A stretch of DNA of 64,000 nt from contig JAKMXF010000210.1 in the NCBI GenBank assembly GCA_024704765.1, positions 186,001-250,000 on the forward strand, read 5' to 3'. The notes beneath the pieces are model-generated. The model searched no databases, was not told where the DNA came from, and saw only the letters and a program-made list of their open reading frames with translations. Positions 1-10,117 of this stretch are shown in pieces. Both the position numbers and the translations under genes were made by a program. The first letter of the stretch is position 1. Each line of letters starts with the position of its first letter. This stretch comes from Oopsacas minuta. Its lineage: Eukaryota > Animalia > Porifera.

Positions 1-324
1 CAGTTACTTACGGATCCTCTTTTCATTTGGTTATGTCTTTCTTATAGTTTATGCCAATGGTTGGATGATCCAAAGTTAACCGATAATTCACCATTTTCAG
101 AATTATTTGGTATACCAAAATGGATAGCCAGTAAACTGAGTATACAAGGATATTGTTATTCTTGTCGTAAACCATTCTACTTACCGAGAGTGCTGCTTGT
201 TACACATCATTTCAAATATCATCTATTTCCTCAATTCACATTTCCAGGTCATAGGAAACCGATCAAATTAACATTCACTTTCTGCAGTATTCAATGTGTT
301 AATAATTATGGTCAACTATTTTAG
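1..324 (+). CDS. 3' end of a gene entering from the left; C-terminus with CxxC...CSxxC motif, possibly LRRC28/LRRC58-like
   Basis: Frame is open from base 1 (QLLTDPLFIW...) to the stop at 322-324. GYCYSCRKPFY...FCSIQC resembles the GHCHRCSEPMF...CCSTQC tail of LRRC28 from memory. No LRRs are visible in the window. Confidence 0.4.
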   Translation, partial: QLLTDPLFIWLCLSYSLCQWLDDPKLTDNSPFSELFGIPKWIASKLSIQGYCYSCRKPFYLPRVLLVTHHFKYHLFPQFTFPGHRKPIKLTFTFCSIQCVNNYGQLF

Positions 325-510
325 AATAATGTTTATTGTATGTAACAAAAGGTTTGTTCCATTATGTGCTGTTATATATATATAATATATACGATAATAT
401 TTATTTTCACAGTACGCATAACCTTAACTCATTCAGTCACCTGTAGAGGTGATATTAGTATATTAATTTCTATATTTTGTAATTTGTCTTATTTCAATTA
501 GTTTTGATCT

Positions 511-1116
511 ATGTGTTCAAATTTTATCTTTTTGCTGATATTAACTTCACTTAATACTCGTTTAACTAATGCAAATTGTGAAAATAGAACAGTTTGCTTG
601 GACTCCAGTATTCTGAATGGAAGTACTACATCCCTGGTAGATTGTATTGATTCTGAGTGTGTTTGTTTGAGTGAATGTTTTGAATTGAACCTTACATCGA
701 AAAGTTGTTTCTTACAAACTAGTTCTTGTTATTTATACTCTCTGTCAGATGACACATGTCACTCAACAGCACCTTCCTGGGTGACAGCTTTCATTCTGAG
801 TCTGCTATTCGGAACGACAGGAGCTGATAACTTCTACATCAACCGATTCGACTATGCAATTCCTCAACTTTTGCTGTTTCTATCTCCTCTCTGTGGTTGT
901 TTTACTCTCTGCTCTTACTGCTACTGTGCAATGTTTCTCTCCATCAGAAAGAACCTTCGTCCTATTTCTATGTGTCTTAACGTAACAGCTCTTATACTGG
1001 CTAGTCTAGCAGCTATTATATTACCGCTTATCACCACTTCTTGGAATATATTCGATATATTTATGTTTGGTTTCAACGCTCATTTTGATAGCAACGGTTG
1101 TACACTCAGAAAATAG
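511..1116 (+). CDS. TM2-domain membrane protein with signal peptide and Cys-rich ectodomain
   Basis: Hydrophobic N-terminus, Cys-rich region with NxS/T sites, TM2 motif TAFILSLLFGTTGADNFYI; intronless. Confidence 0.75.
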   Translation: MCSNFIFLLILTSLNTRLTNANCENRTVCLDSSILNGSTTSLVDCIDSECVCLSECFELNLTSKSCFLQTSSCYLYSLSDDTCHSTAPSWVTAFILSLLFGTTGADNFYINRFDYAIPQLLLFLSPLCGCFTLCSYCYCAMFLSIRKNLRPISMCLNVTALILASLAAIILPLITTSWNIFDIFMFGFNAHFDSNGCTLRK

Positions 1117-1284
1117 TTTGGACTGTCAATTTATTATATTTTCTTGCATATTTTAGTGTAATTATTTCAATTTTACTTATTATTAACTTTCTTGCTTTAT
1201 CATTCATTCTGTTATACATTTACACTGTACTAAATTTTGTAGAAATGTATCCTCTAATATATATATGAAAAATTCGGTTATTTA

Positions 1285-1452
1285 GGCCTGCGTGGAACCA
1301 TGAGGTTCATTGACCCCTTGGTGGTCCACTACGACTGGAAGGGGTCCATCGGTCCTCAAATTTGTATTACAGTCCATGGGAGGAGTCCACACCATCATCA
1401 TGGGTTAAAATTGGAATAAAGGGTCCACGAGTGAAAAGTTTGCGAACCGCTA
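1285..1452. mobile_element. hAT-like DNA transposon/MITE remnant
   Basis: GC-rich island with repeated GGTCCA/GGGGTCC units, ending in AAAGTTTGCGAACCGCTA, which resembles hAT (Charlie-type) termini. No matching left TIR found. Confidence 0.4.
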
Positions 1453-1495
1453 ATTTAGACGTAATATATTTTGATTAATAATATTGTAGAGTAAT

Positions 1496-2095
1496 ATGAG
1501 TGCAACAGACGATGACATAATGCGTACTCGCCTCATGATTGAGGGAGAGGGCAGTGATTACCGTCGTCTCAACAATCTATTGCGTAGTTTCATGAAATGG
1601 TGTTTGAATGATGATCAGACTCAAGAGGAATCAGAAGCTGCTTACCATCAAATCTTGTTCATACTCAGTCAATGCGAATTCGCTATGGAGAAGATCCAGC
1701 TTTCAGTTGATATGTATGAGAGAGAAAAACAGAACTATCAACTCCTCAGCTCTGAGATCGAGCGAAGAAGAGAGACAGCTGAAAATGAAATCGTGACGTA
1801 TAAAGATCAGCTGGTGGATGCTAGAGAGGTGAGGAGGAACAGACAGGAGTATGATGCGTTAGCTAAGATTATCAACAAATATCCAAACAGGAGAGAAACT
1901 ACAAAAGAGATAGAAAGTCTGGAGCATAGTCTTCTGGATTTGAGTCAAAATAAAGAAAGGCTATCCTTGAAAGTGGAGGAACGGCGAAAAGAATTTTGTT
2001 TGTTAGTTCACTCTGTTAACGAACTACAAGCTCTTTTGCAGGATGATGAACTAGATGTGAAAGATGGGAATAGTAGCATGGATATGAGTCAATAG
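1496..2095 (+). CDS. THOC7: THO complex subunit 7
   Basis: DDDIMRTRLMIEGEG..RRLNNLLRSFMKWC and the coiled-coil RRNRQEYDALAKII match THOC7; intronless. Confidence 0.93.
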   Translation: MSATDDDIMRTRLMIEGEGSDYRRLNNLLRSFMKWCLNDDQTQEESEAAYHQILFILSQCEFAMEKIQLSVDMYEREKQNYQLLSSEIERRRETAENEIVTYKDQLVDAREVRRNRQEYDALAKIINKYPNRRETTKEIESLEHSLLDLSQNKERLSLKVEERRKEFCLLVHSVNELQALLQDDELDVKDGNSSMDMSQ

Positions 2096-2201
2096 AAATT
2101 ATAGTTTTGACTCCTTTATTTCTTAAATTAATATATCTGTATTTGGGTATAGAATTGATTTATTTGGGAAAGATTATTTATTCTTAGAAACAAAATCACT
2201 T

Positions 2202-5200
2202 ATGTCAGATTGGAATTTCGATGAAGCTCTGGGAGAATTCGATGAGGACGAAATGGAAGCAGCTCAAGAGTACGCTCCATCGAGAGATTGTCTTATTCTT
2301 CTAATCGACTGCTCTCCCTCTATGCTCTCTCCTTATCCAGGAGATGGTGGAGAAGAAACTGCTTTCCAGTTATGTATGAAATGTTGTAGGTCTGTTTTGC
2401 TCAATAAAGTGTTCTCCTCTGACAAAGATCTAGTGGGAGTTGTACTGTTCGCCACGTTCTCAACCAGCAATCCTGCCGAATTCAAACATATATATGTCAT
2501 GCAGGTAAATTGCCTCTGATAATAATTGTTATAAAAATATTGCTACGTATATTTAATATTTGAGGAATTGGACAGTCCTGATGCAGATCGTATAAGAGAG
2601 CTAGAAACTCTCACAGATGATGAAAATAATTCAGAGTTCACGAAGAGATTTGGAGAAATTAAAGAAACGGATTTTTCTCTGAGTGATGCACTTTGGACTT
2701 GCTCAGATATGTTTGGTAGGTCAGCGCATAAATTTAGTCACAGACGTATATTGTTATTCACTAGAGAGGATAATCCCCATCCTTCTGATGCTGGTAAAGC
2801 ACAACAGGCTAAAACTAAAGCTAGAGATCTAGCAGAGAACGGAATCACTATTGATCTCATGCACATGACACCTGCAGGTGATTCAAAGTTCCAACTTGAT
2901 TTCTATAAGGTAACGTGAGATATTATAGTTTTCCCTTTTTTCGAAAATTTTCAACTAATATTATTTTCTTAATGTTATATCTCAACTAGTATTCTATCCT
3001 GACTGAATTAACGTACAGCAATTCACTACCTCCTCCGCTAGCCACCAAATTTCGGTTAATTAACTCTATGCTATATAACGAAAAATTCCCTCCTCTGATC
3101 TAACATATGTAGTTCATTTATTCCTACGGATTTCTTCTTGATTAATACCAGCTTTTAAGTTTGTATGTGCGTAGATTTAATTCCATCTTTAGTGAAATTC
3201 AAAGGGCTTAATATTTACTTTTGGGCATAGTTTGAAATTTGAAGATTTTGTCTGAGTTTATGTCTTACACAAGTTTGAATTACCGTTTGTAAAATAAGAA
3301 TTGTATTTAGGTGTATTGAATAGTATTTACAGTAATCATCCTCAGACTATTAATTCAATAAATGTGTTCCTTTTAATGCTAATAATTAATTATTCGTAAT
3401 AATCAAACTATTATTTCTGTTCTTTCATTAATAAAATTCGCCAATATTCTTACAGAAATGGTTGAGAGTGGGAGCAAATTTTCTGAGTCAAACCAGCGAT
3501 CGCAGATTTATGTGTGGACATTTATGAGTCGCGAAAACCACAGTCCGCGGAGAAAAACTTCACATACTGACAAATTTCAAAGGAAAATATTTTCATCCAA
3601 TGACTCTCCGGCCCAGCATTACCAGCCCAAGAATTTCCTTGATATATTTCGTGACCCAGTCCAACTTGAATGGTTTAAAAAGTTTCTCATATCTCGAGGA
3701 GATGGATCAGAATACATGTTGCTATACATTTTAGCTGTAAATGAACTGAAACAGTACACATTGACTCCAGACAGAGTAATGAACATTTATAGATACATTA
3801 AAACATATCTGTTAGGAGTTAATAGTGAAATTTTCATGCGTCAACGTCACCCATTATGGTTTCGTATTCGTAGAACTCACAATCCACCTGTTTCACTACT
3901 AGTCGAAGGACAGTGTTTGTTAGCAAAAATCCTGCATGAAGAATATTTCCCGCTATACATAGCTTTTAATAAAGAAGGAGAAAAGGGTGTGTGTAGCACT
4001 GGAAGTGAATCGGATACTCGTGGGAGGAGATTGTATCGTTGGACTAAATTCATAAAGGCTGTTATTGAATTTCGTAAAGGTCTGCTTGATCAGAATAGTC
4101 ATACCTGCTTCAAATCATATCTACTGAAAGAATCCAAAATGTGTTCTAACAATCCAGTCAGGATAATCGGTGATAAAGTATTCAGCACGAATAAATTGAT
4201 TAAAGATATAGAATTTTGGTCTGAAGTTGAGCGTTACAAAAGTCTGTACGATGATAACTGTAACTCAGATACACTATATAGGAAAGCGCAAACTATTGTG
4301 GAATGTTTCTTAGAATCTTCAATTTCTCCCAGGATTCAGATTAACGTTACGCCCGATTTGGCGAATACCATAATACAGGATTTAGATACGAATGGGGCAA
4401 CACGTGGTGTATTCCATGAAGCTGAACTTGCGGTTTTTATCACCCTGATGATATTCTGGAGACGCTATGAAATATGGATGGTTGATTTTGATATGAAGAA
4501 GTTACCTCATTTACCATTATTACCAAAACAAACTATACAAAACTCAAGCAATAAGAAACAGGAAAAAGAACCAATTATTGTGCCGAATAAACCGACGATT
4601 CAAACTCCAATAGAAAAACCTATACCCTCTAACCGTAGACAGAGGCCGGTAACTCAAGGCCATGCTCCAGAATTGAGTGACCTTCTTCCTCGTATATCTT
4701 ATTCTCTCGCATCCAGGAGATGTTGTCTACTCTCTTTTGGACATGAAGTAAGGACTTATCGCGTTCATACAAAGTCCCTTCCGACTAGATTACCATCCTT
4801 ATACAAGATCAAGTGATATTAGTACTTATTGTATAAGAATAATCTTGTTACACTGACGTAATTCTGTATCAGTAATCTTTCCCGTATTCGATTCAATAAT
4901 AAACACAAATATGATAGCTTTAATTCTCCTTGCTTTGAATTACAATGAACTTTCAATTCTAGCTACGTCATACATATTTAATTATTACAAAATATCATTA
5001 GTGATAAATCTCTCCAATTATTCCCTTGAATTATATGATATTATGTAATCTGTAATATTTTGAATGTTAGAAACACAAATATAAATTAGGAGAATTGTTA
5101 AAAATTTGAATATATTAATTATGTCAAACTTTGAGGTATATCATCAGATTGACCAGGCGGTATCTTACATTCTATTTACAATTGTACTTGTCTGCTTTGT

Positions 5201-7123
5201 AATTTATCATTTGTTAAATATAGGCTGGTGTGTGTATCTAATTCGAGAGTCCTGGAAATCTAACAGAATTGCCCGCGCAATTGAATCAGAGGGTTATAAC
5301 CAATCTTCAAAGTGTGAATATCTTGTAAGATACAAAAATAGGCTGTTGATTATGCTTTTAGTTGTTGAGCCATTAGTATCCCTTATGTATCTGTTTGGGT
5401 TTTGTTATCATCTCATTCGCAAGGTGAACCCGGATCTCGACAGGACTGGGTTAGATTTTAACTCTACTTGTATTAAGAACGGATTGGAGGATAAAAATTG
5501 GATTAATGAATTGCGTTATCCTATTGTTGGATTTTTTGTGAGTTTTGGTAGAGCAATGGTTTTAGTAGGTTTAGGAATTGGTGATTTGCTTTTGAAGCTC
5601 ATTGCTAATACTTATGTCACGGAAAGTTGGAGATTTAGAAATATTTACAATTCTCTAATTTGTGCAATAATCATTTCGTTATTTCAGATAATTTTGGGTA
5701 CAATTCCTTACACAAACCTTTTCAGTCATTTTCTAATTTTATTTTCTTTGGCAATTTATCTGAGAAAATTTTCCAGAAGTTTGTCATTCATCTTACATAA
5801 AGCGCTTCCATGGAGAGATCAAGATATGCTGAGTGAAATGAGTGAAATTGCAATTCGGAAACAAAAGATAATGAAGTGTAGATTTACCATCTATAGCAAT
5901 CTTCTATACTATGGATTAGTAATATATTTTTTTATGGAATTGTTAGAGACCTCAGAATGCATTGTTGAATTATTTCTCTACTTTGGAGCATGTATCTTCC
6001 CTTCTTTATACAATATCCCTTACTCATCTATAATTACACCCAAACAACTTCCTCAATTCAGTTTAGCACTCTTAATAATATCATGTATAGAAAAAGTAAT
6101 GATTATTTTCTGGATAATAATTTTATTTACTCCATACTCAGTGTATACTGTTATTATCGTTGTAAAAGCTGTGAAAGAACAGGGGCGAAGAAACAAACTC
6201 AACTATCGTTTTCGATACAAATCTGATCCTGTAATGTATACACCATTTACTAAGTAGTTTTAATGTATTGTCTGTACGAGTCTATTTTATCTTTATTAAA
6301 TACATCATACGTTTACTAACAGGATATCGTTAATGTTGATGAGGACGAGAAGACTGGTAGCTTACCAGACGCAGCTGATAAGTTTGAAGAGCTCTTAACA
6401 AGAGTTAGATCAAAAGATCACAAGAAACGTCCATTACAGAGAACAAAACTAAAATTACATGATGGACTCGAGCTAGGCATAGGGGTATACTCGTTAGTAC
6501 GGCCTACAACAAAACCTTCATTCAAATGGTTAGATCAAGCTAACCACCAGGATGTAAAGACACAAACTAAAATGTTGTGTAATGATACAGGGAAAGAGCT
6601 GACTCATGTTGATATTAAGTTCTATCGAGATTTTGGTGGGAAGAAAGCTATCTTTGAGAAAGAAGAGGTGAAGTTTGTTTGTTTGTTTACTATGTTCACA
6701 GATTTATATATACATCTATAGCTAAATGACATGAAACAGTTGGACGAATTCAAAGGCCTGAAGCTTCTCGGGTTCAAGCCTCGGTCTCGTCTCAAACTAT
6801 TACATCATCTGCGTCCATCTAACTTTCTCTATCCAGACGAATCTGTGGTGAAAGGAAGCAAGAAGCTATTCTCTCTACTTCTATCTAGATGTATTGCTAA
6901 AGACCTTATTGGATACTGTTGGTATCAAGGAAGAGGTGCATCTGCCCCCAGACTAGCTGCACTATTACCACAAACTCAAGAGAAGGATGAATCTGGAATA
7001 CAGGTTAGTACATAATCTTCATATTACTACACTGGATGCTGGATATAAGAACACCGGATATAAGCACCATACTCTGGAAAACGGTTAAGAACATGTATTG
7101 CTACTCCCACACAACCGACTACT

Positions 7124-7165
<42 letters not shown>

Positions 7166-7724
7166 TATAATTTATTAGGTCACACCACCTGGATTTCATT
7201 TGATATACCTACCTTTTGCTGATGATTTCCGTAAACTGCGTTATGAGAAACCTGAAGAAGCAACTGAAGATCAAATTGACGCGACTAAAAGAGTTATCAG
7301 AAATTTACTGTTTCAATTCAAGGCTGAATCATTTGAGAATCCGTCTCTACAACGTGAGTATCGTGTTCTTGAGGCATTAGCTCTTGATAAAGATGAGCCA
7401 GATGAATTCACTGACTACACGAAACCTAATAATGAACAAATCTTGAAAAAGGCCGGGCAGGAATTAGCCGATTTGTCGAAAATTTGTCATCCACCTGATC
7501 ACCAGCCCGTTAAAACTGGTGCTAAAAGAGCAAGAGCAGCTGATGCCAGTGATCCAAAGAAGTATTGCCCATCAGGAGAAGTTGATATTGAAGGAATGGT
7601 GAAATCTGGACAAGTAGAAAAGTTAACTATTCCAGTACTTAAGCAGTTCTTAATCAGTGTAGGGAAGAAATCTACTGGGAAGAAAGCTGATCTCGTTCTG
7701 ATGGTTAAGGATCATTTCCAGTGA
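2202..7724 (+). CDS. XRCC6: Ku70 (5 exons: 2202-2504, 2565-2909, 6323-6667, 6722-~7002, ~7180-7724)
   Basis: vWA start RDCLILLIDCSPSM; in-frame joins YVMQ|ELDSP and FYK|DIVNV across a 3413-bp intron (2910-6322); GFKP, PPGFHLIYLPFADD and FENPSLQ motifs; C-terminal SAP domain KLTIPVLKQFL. Intron 1 uses an uncommon GAG acceptor. Confidence 0.95.
3458..4816 (+). CDS. RGS22/RGSL-like protein with two RGS-like domains, nested in Ku70 intron 2
   Basis: EWFKKFLISRG..LLYILAVNELK and IEFWSEVERYK...IVECFLESSISPRIQINV...VFHEAELAVFITLMIFW resemble RGS22 C-terminal RGS repeats; intronless. Confidence 0.7.
   Translation: MVESGSKFSESNQRSQIYVWTFMSRENHSPRRKTSHTDKFQRKIFSSNDSPAQHYQPKNFLDIFRDPVQLEWFKKFLISRGDGSEYMLLYILAVNELKQYTLTPDRVMNIYRYIKTYLLGVNSEIFMRQRHPLWFRIRRTHNPPVSLLVEGQCLLAKILHEEYFPLYIAFNKEGEKGVCSTGSESDTRGRRLYRWTKFIKAVIEFRKGLLDQNSHTCFKSYLLKESKMCSNNPVRIIGDKVFSTNKLIKDIEFWSEVERYKSLYDDNCNSDTLYRKAQTIVECFLESSISPRIQINVTPDLANTIIQDLDTNGATRGVFHEAELAVFITLMIFWRRYEIWMVDFDMKKLPHLPLLPKQTIQNSSNKKQEKEPIIVPNKPTIQTPIEKPIPSNRRQRPVTQGHAPELSDLLPRISYSLASRRCCLLSFGHEVRTYRVHTKSLPTRLPSLYKIK
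5121..6257 (+). CDS. Orphan seven-transmembrane protein, nested in Ku70 intron 2
   Basis: About 7 hydrophobic segments by eye, an NST sequon in the first extracellular loop and a basic C-tail; first ATG at 5121; intronless; no DRY or NPxxY motif. Confidence 0.65.
   Translation: MSNFEVYHQIDQAVSYILFTIVLVCFVIYHLLNIGWCVYLIRESWKSNRIARAIESEGYNQSSKCEYLVRYKNRLLIMLLVVEPLVSLMYLFGFCYHLIRKVNPDLDRTGLDFNSTCIKNGLEDKNWINELRYPIVGFFVSFGRAMVLVGLGIGDLLLKLIANTYVTESWRFRNIYNSLICAIIISLFQIILGTIPYTNLFSHFLILFSLAIYLRKFSRSLSFILHKALPWRDQDMLSEMSEIAIRKQKIMKCRFTIYSNLLYYGLVIYFFMELLETSECIVELFLYFGACIFPSLYNIPYSSIITPKQLPQFSLALLIISCIEKVMIIFWIIILFTPYSVYTVIIVVKAVKEQGRRNKLNYRFRYKSDPVMYTPFTK
7028..7126. mobile_element. Tc1/pogo(Tigger)-like MITE remnant in Ku70 intron 4
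   Basis: TACACTGG...CTACTGTA ends with TA; internal direct repeat GGATATAAGAACA / GGATATAAGCAC. Confidence 0.45.
7125..7164. repeat. (TAT)n microsatellite, about 13 units
   Basis: Direct reading of the sequence. Confidence 0.97.
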
Positions 7725-9115
7725 GATAATTCAATGAGAAATAATGATTAGTTATCTCTCTAGTGACCTGAGGTATCTATAATTTTAGTTCAATAGCGAG
7801 AATGAATAAGAATGCAGCTTTTACTGTAAACGTTGTTGTTCATGAATCTTGCTCGCAAAATCGAATTCAACTACCATTTATCCATATTGCCCTGCTGGTG
7901 ATTGTATTAAGTGTGTATAATACAAGTCATTTACATATAAAATACACTTACGTCCGTAGATTAGGTCATGTCATACTTCCCTAACATATTCTAAACTTAT
8001 TCTACATAACTCATCCTTCTGAATTATGACTAATAGTACTATTCATTACTATTAGGAGTATCTATTCTACAAATGCACTTACTATTTGAGATCATTATTT
8101 GCACATCTTCCATAATAATATGTTCAGGGATGACGATATATATGGGGAATATATTAGACATTACTTTTGATTATTTATTTTTCCAACACTTCTGTACTAA
8201 TGCTACGAATTGAAATTAATTTTAACGAAAGGTAAGCGCATAGAAAGCGCAACTTGACATTGACTGGTTAGTTACAATGTTAGTTCTTGATGATGATGTC
8301 TAGCTATGTGATGATGCCATAGAAGGATCGAGACATTGAAGAATGAAATGAATTTTCAATTACTTATTTTCCGGTCTGGAGAGGAAATGTAACTTGATGG
8401 CGTGTTTAAACACATTCCAGCTAGCTTTTTAGGTATAGAGCCAATTGTATGATTTGCAACTTCCGTTATTTTGGAGCTCAATTTCCTTTGATAATTAGTA
8501 TTATTTATTCGTTATTGTTTGCACAGCATTACGATATGCCAAATATTGATATATAGTAGATCTCGGATGCAGGTATCCCTCCGGGAAACAGCGTATGTAT
8601 GTCTTATCTGAATGAGAATTTATTAAAATAAATGGAAAATAATGTTTGAAATGAAAGAAATATTATTACGTCCAGCAAATCAATGAATGTCTTCACCAAT
8701 TGGGTTACAGCTATTTATATACGAATTAGCATCCTAGTTACCTGACAGATAATTATGTAGTAACCTCGCCTAGTTTGGTGGCCAAGAAACCAAAGCATAT
8801 AAATTTTGGGATTTAGAGGTACTTAGTGCGTCCAATTTGTAATTACTGTTTTTAAGCCTTTGGGGGAAAGTAACACCCAAAATAAAAGATACAACAAAAT
8901 TGCATAAAAGCATATTTCTATGGAACAAGGTTGCGTCTTGTATGGCGCAAATAAACGGGATCGCAGGACGGTTGGTATGTATGAAAACATTCCACGTATG
9001 GTGGTGACAAAACATAACAAATTAACTAACTATTCAACACATAATAGATTTGTAGAATGCTTTGTGATTCAATTGATATGATTTGATCCCCGCTCAGCTA
9101 TAGCTAGTTGTTGAG

Positions 9116-9123
9116 TATATAAA
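9116..9123 (+). promoter_or_regulatory. TATA box of the calmodulin gene
   Basis: TATATAAA about 110 bp upstream of the ATG at 9235, followed by GGC. Confidence 0.55.
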
Positions 9124-9234
9124 GGCAAACCGCAAGTTGAATTTATATACTTCAGCTTCTATCAATTCAACCTTTGTGTTTGCGAAACTCCAATTATTTT
9201 ATTCAACTAGTCAACTTACATTTATCACTTACCA

Positions 9235-9684
9235 ATGGCTGATCAACTTACTGAAGAGCAAATCGCAGAATTCAAAGAGGCTTTCTCCCTCTTCGACAAA
9301 GACGGAGACGGTTCCATAACAAACAAGGAGCTAGGTACAGTTATGAGGTCTCTTGGTCAGAATCCGACAGAGGCAGACCTCCAGGACATGATAAACGAGG
9401 TGGATGTAGACGGAAGTGGTACCATCGACTTTCCTGAGTTTCTAACCATGATGGCCAGAAAGATGAAAGATGTAGATGCGGAATCTGAGATCCGAGAGGC
9501 CTTCAAGGTATTTGATAAAGACGGAAATGGACTAATCAGTGCTAACGAGCTACGTCATGTCATGACCAGTCTTGGAGAGAAGTTGACAGATGAGGAGGTT
9601 GATGAGATGATGCGAGAAGCTGACATTGATGGAGATGGTTTTGTCAATTACGAGGAGTTTGTCAAAATGATGACAACCAAATAA
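9235..9684 (+). CDS. CALM: Calmodulin (divergent, intronless)
   Basis: 149 aa, [17 protein letters not shown]..., four intact EF-hand loops; 16 differences from vertebrate CaM by manual comparison. Confidence 0.95.
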   Translation: MADQLTEEQIAEFKEAFSLFDKDGDGSITNKELGTVMRSLGQNPTEADLQDMINEVDVDGSGTIDFPEFLTMMARKMKDVDAESEIREAFKVFDKDGNGLISANELRHVMTSLGEKLTDEEVDEMMREADIDGDGFVNYEEFVKMMTTK

Positions 9685-10117
9685 TTATCTTATTCCTAGT
9701 TACCAGTGCACTTATAAACTTACATAAAGAGTGTTTAGTGATGCTCTTTACTTATTCTTTGAATTGATTCTACCATGATTATCTTAACTATTCATTATAC
9801 TATCTTGCAGATTGTTACCTAGATTGGTAGGAATAAATACGACATATTATAATAGTTAGTGGAGCTAGAAACAGATTCAGGTTCTCGGCTACTGAGAAAC
9901 CAATGAATTTGCGAGGCCATTACATTGCTCATTGTTGATCGTTGATGGAAAATTATTCGTGATTCGGACAATGATTTCCCATGGATTATAGACCAGACTA
10001 TTGACGTGAGCAAACTAGTGATTTCTTACACATAAATTATGATACGAATGAATGTTTCGACTCTTTTGTCTCATTTCTCAAGTGTTATTAGCAAATTATA
10101 AAACTCAGAACGTACTT

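Noticed and set aside
2909-3458. Possible Ku70-RGS fusion via the acceptor at 3455
   Set aside because: The join is out of frame and reaches a stop within about 25 codons.
8199-8260. Orphan donor AAG|GTAAG with a small GCGC hairpin; considered as an SL RNA or a small first exon
   Set aside because: No canonical Sm site or convincing stem-loops, and no downstream exon found.
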